Origin: a virus | Taxonomy: Duplodnaviria > Caudoviricetes | IMG/VR virus record: IMGVR_UViG_3300038675_000167 | Span: 1 to 41,872 of that record | Direction: 5' to 3' (one strand) | Length of the DNA: 41,872 bases | Part shown: positions 27,837 through 39,500 of the stretch, in pieces | Layout: every line of letters starts with the position of its first letter | Numbering within the stretch: position 1 is the first letter of the stretch | Notes under the pieces: generated by a model | Databases searched by the model: none | What the model was told of the DNA's origin: nothing | The model's input: only the letters and a program-made list of their open reading frames with translations | Program-made: the position numbers and the translations under genes

Positions 27837-28277
27837 ATGGATAAAATTACTATTAAAAACATTTGCAATGCAACAATTGCTCTATATGTGCCTGATGCAA
27901 AGGTTAGTCGCGAACTACCCGCTGGCCGCGCATTTAACATAGATAAAGAAACCTATGAGATACTCACTTTTGACCAAGGCTTTAATAATTTAGTGAATTT
28001 ACATTATTTACAAGTTATTGGCCTTGAAGATGAAGAAAGAGTTTCCGAAGATGAAGTTATTACTACGAAAGAACAAATTGATAAAATGTTAGATACATTA
28101 GATATTACAGCTTTCGCAAAATTTATTCCTAATGCCGCTCCTGCAGAGAAGGAAACAGTAATTGACCTTGCTGTAGAAAAGAAAATTACACATTCTGGCT
28201 TTGTAACTTTGATTAAAAAGTATTGTGGTAGAGACATAATGGAATTAATTCATACAAAGCATCAAGAGGAAGATTAA
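27837..28277 (+). CDS. Hypothetical virion or assembly protein
   Basis: RBS AGGAGG, 146 aa, no TAG. Confidence 0.75.
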   Translation: MDKITIKNICNATIALYVPDAKVSRELPAGRAFNIDKETYEILTFDQGFNNLVNLHYLQVIGLEDEERVSEDEVITTKEQIDKMLDTLDITAFAKFIPNAAPAEKETVIDLAVEKKITHSGFVTLIKKYCGRDIMELIHTKHQEED

Positions 28278-28279
28278 TA

Positions 28280-28762
28280 ATGGCTACTCCATTCTTACAA
28301 GTATACGATGCTTTTTTAGGCCGTATAACCGCGGATGAATGGACTTTAGAAGAAGAACTAGCCATTGTTGAGCGGGATTGGCAAGAACTTCTTCGTATTG
28401 CTATTTTTAGATTTAAATATCCAAGAGTAAGTCTAGAAATAGAGCGATTAGACGACGAAGAAAGTGAATCTTCTCTTCATAGATATTAGTTCGTTAATGA
28501 TTTAACTAATGATGAAATTCAACTTCTTGCTCTTTATATGAAACACGAATGGGTTAAAAGATGTATAGCAAGTTGGGAAAATATTCGTCAATTGTATGCC
28601 GATAAAGATTTTTCACAAGCAAATCATTTAGATAAATTAAATAAGTTAGAGGTTTCCATTGCTTTAGAAGTACATAAAGCAGAAGGAATTTATGATCGTT
28701 CAAGATCAAAACGTCCCGCGGACTTATTTAAAAAATTGGCAGGTAAAAAACATGGCCGTTGA
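28280..28762 (+). CDS. Probable head-tail adaptor, 160 aa, one in-frame TAG
   Basis: Track ORFs 28280 and 28538 share a frame; function assigned by position. Confidence 0.6.
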
Positions 28763-29027
28763 TCAAACATTTGAAGGTTATAGAAATAAATTAAAAGGCA
28801 GATTATATGGCTTGCTTTGTGAAAAAGAAAAAAATGGTGAGTGGGAAAAATTCCTTGATTCAATTATTATTGAATTAGAAGGACTTGGTTCTAACTCGAT
28901 AAATTGGTGGCCGCTTATTGGAAAACTTGGTTCATTGCGATATTTATCATATGACTATTTTAGAAAAACAGTATTTGAGTGCATGAATTTAGTTGGCGGT
29001 CTAGAGGTTCCAGATGAGTTACCTTGA
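28752..29027 (+). CDS. Hypothetical neck-region protein
   Basis: Start MAVDQTF overlapping the previous gene end. Confidence 0.65.
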   Translation: MAVDQTFEGYRNKLKGRLYGLLCEKEKNGEWEKFLDSIIIELEGLGSNSINWWPLIGKLGSLRYLSYDYFRKTVFECMNLVGGLEVPDELP

Positions 29028-30228
29028 AACATATTTTTCTCGTGTTAATCACATGGGAGAAACTACGGCAGAAAGAATCAGAAATGGGGGTATTCGTTCT
29101 TTTTATAAATGGATGGCAGAATCCCCTCATACAGTACGGCAATTATCTATTGAAAGAGGGCTATATTTTGATGCTATTATTTTGACTAGTAAAGATAAGG
29201 AATATTAGAAAATAATGTTTTTAAATGTAGCAAATAATATTCCTCTTACCGTAGGAGATATAATGAATTGGCGGTCAGAAGACGGTTCTATTGAAAAGTG
29301 GTTATTATTTTCTGAGGAAAAGAAAGTAAATCCTACCTATCGCACTTTTTGGATGGTAAGATGTAATTATCTTATTAAATGGATTGACGCGGAAGGGCAT
29401 TTATAGTCTTCTTGGAGTTATGTTGTAAGTTCTCTTGATTCAAAAATTAAGGGAAATTATAGAACATGGAATAATTTAATTACTCCATAGCCAAATAAAT
29501 ATGCTGAAATTCTAATGCCGCGACGAGTAGTTGACCGCGCGACAAACTTCATAATTGAAGAAGAATCTTGGCAAGTAATTGAATATGATCACACTAGTGT
29601 TCCTGGCACAATGTATTTATCTCTTACTGAAAATAAAATTAATCTTATTTATGATGATACCCAAAACAAGATTGCCGATTTAGATAAACGAGCAAAATAT
29701 GAATTAGTATTACCACCAACAGTATAGATATTTAATGTTGGTGGAGTTATTCAACCTATTTATACCATTATGAAGAATGGAGTTCCAACTTCAATGGAAG
29801 TAGAACTTATAAGTAAAAATAAATAGGTAGCTAAGAATTAGAACGGTGTTTTAATCGCTGTCGGAGAAGGAGAAGCAGATATTCAAGTGTTATTAAAAGA
29901 TTGTACTGATATTGAACCTCAAGAATTACTTATTCATATTGAAGTTAGTACGGCTGAAACTGAATTTTCTTGCTATATTGAAGGTAAAGATAAAATTCGT
30001 TTGGGTAAAGAAGAAATATATACTCTATGTAGTACTACTGGTGAAATAATAGATTAGATAGAATTTACTATTGATATACCGGAATATGCAAGGATATTAT
30101 AGAGAGTAGATAATAAAACTATTATTATTAAAGCAAATGAAAAAAATAAACTTGGAAGTTTTATATTATCTGCGATAGTAGGTAATAATACTTATGAAAA
30201 AACTATTCAAGTATCTTCATTATGGTGA
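29014..30228 (+). CDS. Probable head-closure or neck protein with beta-rich C-terminus, about 404 aa, TAG-recoded
   Basis: Track ORFs 29014, 29215 and 29515 share a frame; ends TGA 30228. Confidence 0.6.
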
Positions 30229-30238
30229 GGTGATTTGA

Positions 30239-30760
30239 ATGGTTTAGGAACCAACACAAAGACGCTTTGCTGTAATGGGCGATAATACTTTTAAATTTGC
30301 TAATAAATTGGTTAGTAATAAAAAATTATGTCGATTATTAAAATATTAGACTAAAGACCCATTATTAATGGTTGATCCTGTTACTGGTAAATAGCAGCCA
30401 GATTTTGATGGGATTGATTTATTACATAAACAAATTTTAATTGTTCCTAAAGTATTCGATAATGACACAGAAAAAACTTCTTATGTAGTAGCCCTATTTG
30501 ATAGTTTTTGGGTTAATTAGTTTAACGGTGAATTTAAAGTTTCTAGCGTTAGATTTGATATAGCTTGTCCATATGATGAATGGGTGTTAAATGATGTATC
30601 TTTACGCCCTTATCTTATTATGTAGGAAATAGATACTATGTTTAATAAAGCAAAATTCGCTGGCATTGGAACGCTATAGTTTTATCGCGCGGATCCTCTT
30701 ACATTAACCCCATATATTGGTGGCTACTCTATGTAGTATAAAATAAATGAATTTAACTGA
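30239..30760 (+). CDS. Probable tail completion/terminator protein, 173 aa, TAG-recoded
   Basis: RBS GAGGTG; frame open only if TAG is sense; not in the ORF track. Confidence 0.6.
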
Positions 30761-31526
30761 TAATGAGATTCTAAAATTTTAGAAAGGATCTCCTATTTTA
30801 TTAGATGATATATGTGCTATTTATCCAGCTACTTTAGGAGAAATTGTTGATGAAGGTTATGATAATTTTTAGAAATATCTAAGTATAGTTACTGCGACAA
30901 AGCCAACTATAGATTCTAGTAAAGATTCTGAATTTGTAGAATTGTTAAAACAATTATCTGACTTTCAATATTTATTAATGACAGCTTCTTTCGACAAAGA
31001 GGTTAATCATTTATTAAAAAAAGCATTTATGTTTTTTTGTCATGAAGAAATATTTATTTCAATGGAACCAACGCAAATTGTTATAGGTCCTTTGGCAGAA
31101 AAGCACATTCTTACAGAAGAAAAATTTTATGACTTTTAGCGAATTATAAAAAGAATATATTTTTTAGAAACTGAAGGGGAAGAAATAATTTTAAGAGATG
31201 ATGATTCTCCAGAGGTTAGACAAATGAAATTAAAATTTCTTGAAAATAGAGAAAAAGTTCGCAGAGCAAAAGCTAAAAAAGCTTAGCAAGAAAAAAGTGA
31301 TTTAAAACTTTCTGATCTTATTGGTAGTATGACTATCAATAATTGCGGGCTAAATATGGAAAATATTTGGCACATTACTTATTATGCTTTTCACGACCAG
31401 TTAAAAAGAATGGGTTGGCGTGATTAGTTTAATATAAACAATCAAGCCGCGATGGCTGGTGCAAAAATTAAAAAGTCGCAATTGAAGCACTGGATGCGTT
31501 CTATTGCGGACGATAACAAATCATAA
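30747..31526 (+). CDS. Conserved tail-region protein, 259 aa, TAG-recoded
   Basis: ATG overlaps the previous gene; includes track ORF 30942; ends TAA. Confidence 0.65.
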
Positions 31527-31546
31527 TTTATATGGAGGTAACTATT

Positions 31547-32506
31547 ATGGCTGTAAATATTTTTGATAAATATGGCATTAAGGAAGTTGCTAATGTATAT
31601 TTTGAAGCTCTTGAAACAGACGAAAAAGCTGGCGTATATGCAGGCGACATTGTTCTATTCCTTGATACTTTAAAGGTTTCTACTATTGAAACTACTGCCG
31701 AAAATACTGCTGCACAAGGCGGTTGGGGCAATCCTAAACTAGTACAGTGGGACTATGGTAAGGAAATTAATATTACCTTAGAAGATGCTCTTATGTCTCT
31801 AGAATCACTACGCTTCATGCTTGGTGGTGCTATTAAGAGAACTGTAAGTGCGTCTGAACCAATTATTGTACGTCACACCGAAGAAGTCGTATGTAAGACT
31901 GGCGGAGCTCTTCCTGTTATTAAAGACCATTTAACTGGTATTGCATTAACTCCTACAGCAACATATGGACACCCAATTCGTTTAATAAACTTAACTAAGG
32001 GTACTCGTACTCAACTCGAACCTGCAAGTGCAGAAGCTGCAGCTATTACTTTAACAGAAAATGATGTTATAACCTTCAAGAATCCTAAGATGATTGATGG
32101 TACTGGTAATACTCAAGCAGCAGAAAAAGACGACCACATTCGTATCTTCTGGGAAGAAATACTTGACGGCACAAGTGATCCTGAAACTGCAGTAGAAGTA
32201 ACTATTTCTCCTGATACTTTCCCTGGAACTTACAAAGTTGTAGGCGATACTTTCATGCGTTCTGAAAAGACTGGTAAGGACGAACCTTTCCAATTCATTA
32301 TTAATAAGGCTAAAGTACAAAGTAATGTTACTATTACTCTACAAGCCGAAGGCGATCCTTCTACCTTTGAAATGCAGTTAAACGTATTACGTTCTACTAA
32401 TGAACGCGGCGAAAACGAAATGATGAAGCTAGTTCGTTATAACGTAACTGGCGCAGCTAGTGCTAATACTGGTAACGATATTGGTTCTGTAGCAGCTCAC
32501 GAATAA
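31547..32506 (+). CDS. Major tail (tube) protein
   Basis: RBS GGAGGT, start MAVNIFDK; high-expression codon bias; strong terminator; upstream of tape measure; no TAG. Confidence 0.75.
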   Translation: MAVNIFDKYGIKEVANVYFEALETDEKAGVYAGDIVLFLDTLKVSTIETTAENTAAQGGWGNPKLVQWDYGKEINITLEDALMSLESLRFMLGGAIKRTVSASEPIIVRHTEEVVCKTGGALPVIKDHLTGIALTPTATYGHPIRLINLTKGTRTQLEPASAEAAAITLTENDVITFKNPKMIDGTGNTQAAEKDDHIRIFWEEILDGTSDPETAVEVTISPDTFPGTYKVVGDTFMRSEKTGKDEPFQFIINKAKVQSNVTITLQAEGDPSTFEMQLNVLRSTNERGENEMMKLVRYNVTGAASANTGNDIGSVAAHE

Positions 32507-32520
32507 TTAATTTAATATAA

Positions 32521-32557
32521 AACTAGGGGTAGATTAACTACCCCTAGTCTTTTTTTA
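32521..32557 (+). terminator. Intrinsic terminator after the tail tube gene
   Basis: ACTAGGGGTAG-ATTAA-CTACCCCTAGT followed by a T-tract. Confidence 0.85.
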
Positions 32558-32575
32558 TAAAGGCGGTGGAGCCTA

Positions 32576-33463
32576 ATGATTGATCAATATTTCGGCGTAA
32601 AAGAATTGTATGAAGTTGTTTTACGCGCAAAAGTACCAATGCAATTTGGCTCTCGATATATTGAAGAAGGAGAGCCAGTATTATATTTTGAAAATATAAG
32701 TATGGCTACAATTTCTGAACAAAATCATACAATTATGGCTCGTGGTGGTTGGGCAAATATGCCGCGAGTTATTTGGGAAGATAGATCAGAAGTTAGTTTT
32801 TGTATGTCAGAAGGAGTTATGTCTTCTATTAGCATGAGTATGCTTTTAAGTGCTAATGTTGTTAATAAAGAATAGCAAGATTTACCTTTATACGTACCAA
32901 AACGAGAAGGGCCATTTGAATTGATTGAAAAAGAAATAGAAGGATAGGTTTATAATGTATTATATTTAACGCATAAACCAATATCTTATCCTGAAAAAAA
33001 GATTTTTATTTTTGAATATTCCCGCGATGTTGCTTAGAAAAAAGTTTATGGAAAACCATTGGAAATAAATGATCCATTGGGTAGAACTTGTTTAGCAATT
33101 TTTAAAGATAAAGAATTAGAACAAAACGCGGATAATGATAAAGAATACCTTGTGGATTACTACTATGAATATGGAGACGAAGCGTTAATATATGTCGTTC
33201 AAAAAGAACGCTTCAATGGATTATTCACTCTTGAGGGTAAGTTTTACTCCAAGGATGAAAACGAAGGCTTGAATTATACAAATATAATTTATATGCCAAA
33301 AGTGAGAGTTGTAAGTGATATAAACTTACGCTTGGGAGAAAGGGCTGATCCAGCGGTATCAACATTTAATATTATCGGGTTACCAGAAAATGTAGGCGGA
33401 AATAAAAAGAGTTTAATTATGGAGATAACTCGTTTAAATAGTGATGAAGACGACAGTATTTGA
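32576..33463 (+). CDS. Tail-tube paralog (minor tail protein), 295 aa, TAG-recoded
   Basis: N-terminus FGVKELYEV...ARGGWANMPRVIWE...MSEGVMS aligns with tube YGIKEVANV...AQGGWGNPKLVQWD...LEDALMS. Confidence 0.7.
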
Positions 33464-33502
33464 GCCACTTTCTTATAATAAGAAAGTGGCTCTTTTTTTT
33501 TA
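33462..33502 (+). terminator. Intrinsic terminator before the tape measure gene
   Basis: GAGCCACTTTCTTA-TAA-TAAGAAAGTGGCTC followed by a T-tract. Confidence 0.85.
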
Positions 33503-33529
33503 TTATGGGAAAAAGGAGTGTGGTGAAAC

Positions 33530-36500
33530 ATGGCAAATGAGATTAATGTGCCAATTAGATTATAGGTTTTACAAGATTCAATTAGTAATTTTTAGAAAAT
33601 CTTAAATAATTTATAGCCTAATACAACTAACTGGAAAGCACTTTCTAGATTAATAGAAGGTATGGTTACCGAATCTTAGAAATTGTAGGCATAGTTATCT
33701 AAGCCATTTAGTAGTGAAGGACAATTTAAAACTACTAGTAAAACCATAGATAAACTAGAAGAATCTAGTGCTCGTATTAAAGTGGTAATGGATAGTTTGA
33801 AATTTTCAGACTTGAAATTAACTCCTGATTAGTAGAATAGTTTTAATGAATTAAATAAACGGATTGATGAAGTTAAAAATAATTATAAAAGTTTTGTTGA
33901 GTAGGTTAAATAGAGCGTATTAAGTAATGCTGGGAATAAATCTTTAATTGAAGGTGTCTTAGGCGGAGCAAAAACATTAAAATCTGATTTTAATGAAATT
34001 AAACAAGCTATTGACGACCATATAAGTGATTTAAATGCATCGGTGGAGAAGCAAAAAGCTGCATATGATAAATTTAAGGCTAATGCTGAACTCGCCATGA
34101 GGGCAAAAGATTTAACAACTCCTGGTAAAGGAATTAGCGAAAAGACAATTGGCTCTGAAATATTTAATAAATATTTAGTAAATACCGAGAATGGAATAAG
34201 ATTTAAATTATTTGGGAAAGGATCTGGTTCAAAAGCATTTTTATAGGCTTTAGAAAAAGAATTTAAATTAGAGCCAGGCGCTTTAAAAGAACTTATTGGG
34301 AAGAGTTTTAATGATATAAACAAAGAGCTCCAATCAATGAGCGAAAAAGGGAAAGTTAATCCTCTTCAAGGCTTAATAAAAGCTTACTCTGGTACAAGCA
34401 CTGAAAAAAGTTTAAAATTAGAAAGTGATAAACTTACTGAATTATAGACTTAGTTAGAAAAATATAAACAATTATAGTTAGAATTAAGTCTATTACAAAG
34501 TTAGCAAATTAATCCGACTGACGAATAGACAAAAAGTTAGATTCAAGGGTTAGAAAATTAGTTAAATTCCCTAACCGAATCAATTTTTAAAACAACAATG
34601 GCCGGCTCTCAAATGAGGTAGCCATTTGAACAAATGACAATGGCTTGTTCATAGATGCGAATGACATTAGAGCAAACCAATGCACAATTTATTCAAATGC
34701 AAAGAGTTACTTAGACCTTTAATGCGATGAAGCAAGGTATAATTAACTTTATGGGATTTCGTTAGATCTTAAATTTAACTAAAACTGCTATTAGAGAAGC
34801 TATAAATCATATTAAAGAGCTAGATACAGTAATGAATAAAATTTCTATCGTTACTGATATGTCTACTGCTGATTTATGGGGATAGGTTGATGCTTATAGT
34901 GAGATGGCACAATCTTATGGTGTTACTATTAAGGGCGCTTATGAAGTTTCTCAAATTTTCTATTAGCAAGGACTTGAAACAAAAGATGTAATGACTTTAA
35001 CAAATGAAACGTTAAAGTTGGCTAAAATTTCTGGATTAGATTACGCGCAAACTACTGACTACATGACAACTGCTTTACGTGGCTTTAAGATGGAAATGTC
35101 TTAGGCTTCATAGGTTGTTGATGTATACAGTAATCTAGCCGCGAATACTGCCGTGTCATAGGAAGAATTAGCTGTTGCTATGAGTAAAACTGCATCTTCT
35201 ATGGAAGGTGTAGGAGCAACATTTGAAGAATCTTCTGCTATGATTGCTACTATGGTAGCTGTAACTCGTGAATCTGCTACAAATATTGGTTCTGCTATGA
35301 AATCTATCGCTAGTAGATATGGTGAATTAACAAAAGACCCAACTAAATTAGTAGATGAAGAAGGCGAAGCGATGGTCTTCAACAAAGTTGATGCAGCATT
35401 ACAATCGGTTGGAATTTCAATGAAAACCGTTGATGGACAATTTAGAGATTTTACAGATGTTATTGTTGAATTAGCAGATAAATGGAGTCAATTAGATTCA
35501 ACACAACAAAGATATATTGCTACTCAATTTGCTGGTAATAGACAACAATCTCGTTTCTTAGCGCTTGTTTCTAATAAGGATTTATTAAATACAAATTTAT
35601 AGGTTGCAGAAAATAGTGAAGACACAGGTACTTTACAAGCATTAAAAGCATTAGATTCAATTGAATCTAAAATTAATCAAGTATAGGTTGCTTATCAACA
35701 ATTTTATACTACAATTGGTGCAGAGAATATTTGGAGAACTTTACTTGATGGAACTAAAAATGTAATTAATACATTAAATAGTTTACCCAAATTATTTGGG
35801 AAAATTCCAATTGGTGCTATAGCTGCAATTTCTAGTATTATATCTTTAATAAAAAATTTAGGTATAGACTTACTTAGCGCATTTGCTTAGTTTTTTGGTC
35901 AGGGAGTATTATAGGGTGCACTTCAGGCACAAAGTCAAGCGTAGGAAGGCGCGCAATCTCTGATAGGTATTATTCTTAATACTATAAGAGGAAAAAGGGG
36001 AGAATTTACTAATGCTGGTAAGGAATCTGCCGAAGCATATACGTAGGGAATATAGCAAGGTAGTTCAAAAGTTACGCCCGATCAATTAACTGGGCAAGCT
36101 AGAATTACATATGATAAAAATCAAAGTATTATTGATAACTTTAAAACTAAGACTAGTTAGTTTAGTGTAACAGGTAGCGATTTAAATACAGCATATGCTA
36201 TATTAGCTAATGAAATGAGAAGTCTTCCTACAGATGTTCTTGATAAAATCAATGCTGATGAATCACTTGCTAAATAGTTGTTAGAAGAATATATTGCTAC
36301 TTTAGAAAAAGCAAATTAGAAATTATTAGAAACTGGTAATACTGCTGATTAGAGTGGTAGTAAATTAAAAAACTTTATTTCTAATCATAAAAATTTAGGA
36401 TAGGGATTACAATCTTTTGGGTCTGCATTAAATATGGTTGCTATGACCATAAATACAGCCGCTGAAGGTGGAAAAACTTGGAGCGGTGTATTATAGGGAA

Positions 36501-39500
36501 TGGCAGCGGCAGCAACGTTAGCTAGCGTAGCAGTTAAGGTATTAGATGGTGGATTAAAGTCTATACCTTGGATGGCTCTTGCTTCTGGTATATTAATGGC
36601 TATTAATGCTATTTCTACTTTAATTGTAACTCCAGAAGAACGCTTAGAAGAATTAGAAAAAAAGGCAGAAGAATTAAGTAATAAAGCAAAAGAAGAAAAA
36701 GCAAATTATAAAATATTAGATCGTTCTTTAAAAAAGTTAGATGAATTAAAAGAAAAACGATATGAAAGTGCTGAAGCGGCAGAAGAGTATTAGACTGCGG
36801 TTGATGAATTAGCAGACAAGTTCCCAGCCATGATTGCTGGATTTGATGAAGCAGGTAATGTTATTCTTGATACTACTGATGCAGAATCTGTTTTGATGGA
36901 AGCGCGAGAAAAGAGTGCGAAAGTCACTTATGACGCGGCTAAAGCTGAAATGGATACTCAAAAAGAAAAATTAAAATAGGCTAAAGAAAAAATAAATTCT
37001 AATCTAGAATAGCTAAATATTACAGGGACGGAAACAGAAGAATTTAATCTGTAGGATAATTTAGCAACTAAAAGATATTCTTTAATTAATTATCTTTCAA
37101 ATTAGATAACAACTCGTAGGGAAAATGGGCAGGATTGGGATATTTTAAGCTCTATTCAAGAAAATTTAATAAATGCAATAGAGTTTAATGATAATATATA
37201 CCAATCTTATTTAAATTGGGTACAAGATTAGATACCTGAATTTTAGGAATCTGATCTTAATTTTTCTATATAGGAACAAGTTAGTTCACAAACATATATA
37301 AATGAATTAAATGAACTTCTTAATACATTAGAGGCGTTTACTCCTGAAGAGCTAATATCTTCTGAAGCTTAGAATATTATTTAGAAAATTAATGATAAAT
37401 TAAATGATGAGAATAGACCAAATATTGACTTATCAAATTTTGAAGAAGATTTTAATAATTTATAGACATCTTTAAAAGATTATATTTCTGAAAATACTAT
37501 TTATAAGGCTTATTCAAAGTAGGTTATAAGTGCTTGGTAGCAATCTGCTAAAGCTAATACTAAAGCTTGGGATGTATTGAAACAAAGTAGTTTAGCCGCG
37601 GCGATGGTAACTTCATATATTAAAAATGACATTGATAACAGTAAATATAAAGGAGATTATGAAAAAGCGCTTGCGGCGGGAGAAGAAGTAAATTGGCAAA
37701 ATTATTAGTAGCAAATGGCTGATTTTATTTCTACTTTATCAGAAGATAGATTAAAGTTATTTAATAAAATGTCAGAAGATACTTCTCATTATACAGCTTA
37801 GGATTTAATTGAAGAATTTAATATTGGCCCTGATGCCGCAGAAATAATTTCTAATTATTATAATCAAGGAATTAAATCAATCCAAGATCGTTTAAAATAG
37901 AATTTAGCATAGGCCACTGGTATAGAGTATAATAAAGAGATAGATAAATTTTCTGATGAATCTAAATTAATTGGGTTTTACGAAGATTATTCAAAATTAA
38001 TTGAAAATGCTAAAGTTGGCATAGAAGAGCAATATCTTAATTCAATTTTATCTCAATATAATTCCTTAAAATCAAATGGTTACACTCAACGCGCTTCTGA
38101 TTTTGGAGACGCTGCAATTAAATTATTTACTTTAATTGATAATCAAGAAGCAATTCTTGAAGCATAGCTATGGGATTTAGTTAATACTAATGGCTTAACA
38201 ACATTGGAAGGTATTTAGAATACAATAGATTCTATTACCAAAAATGAAAATATTCCAGAAAATGAAAAAAAATTATTAGAGGGTTATTTACAAACTTTAT
38301 ATGATAATATTATTCCTAATATAAATCTTGCAATTCAAACTGCGACTTCTAACTTGCTTGAAACTTGGGAAGATACAAGTAAAGAACTTTCTAAGGCTAT
38401 GACAGGCGGATTAAGTCTTAAAGAAGCCGATGCTTTAATTTCTAAGGCAAAAGCACTTGGAATTGAAGGATTTGATTTAAGTAAATTTGTTAATACTGGA
38501 GATAAGTTAATTTTAACCGAAAAAGCTTTTGAAAATTATTTTAAAAAATTAAATGAAGCGACAAATAAAAATATTGAAGAATTAGGAGCAAGATTAGGAG
38601 ATTTAAAAAAATTAAATATAAAATCTTTAATGTCTTCTGGTATTTCTAATGCTCCTCAAAAATATGTATAGGATTTAAAAGCTTTATTAGAGAGTTTTAA
38701 CATTAATTTATACGAATATTTAGACTAGTATGGCCGTTTGACAACAGATGGTAAAAATGCAATAGAAGAAGCAATAACTAAAAACGAAGAGGCTTATAAA
38801 AATCTTACTGATGCTCAAAAAATTGCCTTAGACCAATTAACAAATGCTTATGATAGAAGTCGAGGAGTATATAAAGAAAGCAGTCAAGATGAAAAAGCTA
38901 TTGAGTACAAAGATTTAAAAGAGATTGCAAGTAGTATAAATTTAGCAAAAGAAGCTTATTCTAAACGAGCAATTAAAGAATAGCTAAATTCTGTTTATAG
39001 CACCTTAATTTCCGATGTTCTTACAAAAGGTCTTAAAGGTATTAATACTGCTGACTACGAAGGTTTAATTAATGATGAAGAAGCTCAAGGTACATTAAAT
39101 AAATTAAAGGGTAGCTCTTATGTCAATTTCATTAAAGAATATGCTCAACTCGCAGGTAAAACTATTGATGAAACTAATGACTTAATAGTTTAGGCAATGC
39201 AAAAAGAAGCGGAAACTACAACTGGTGACGCAAAAGAAGCTATTAAAAATGTTAATTTTTATAGTAATGAAGTTGCTTATGCTTCTTTGGATACTGTTAA
39301 TAAATTAGCGAAAGCATTTGAAACAGAAATTAATAAATTAATAGTACCCAATTCATATAATGAGGCGCTTGGCGGTTATAGAATAAATCTTAGTGAAATA
39401 GCTTTAAATGGAATAGACCAAATTAATACTCTTATTGCTGAAAGTTTAGAAAGCATATTTGAAAGTGTAATTAAGAATATTAAATCTGCTATTGGTGGAA

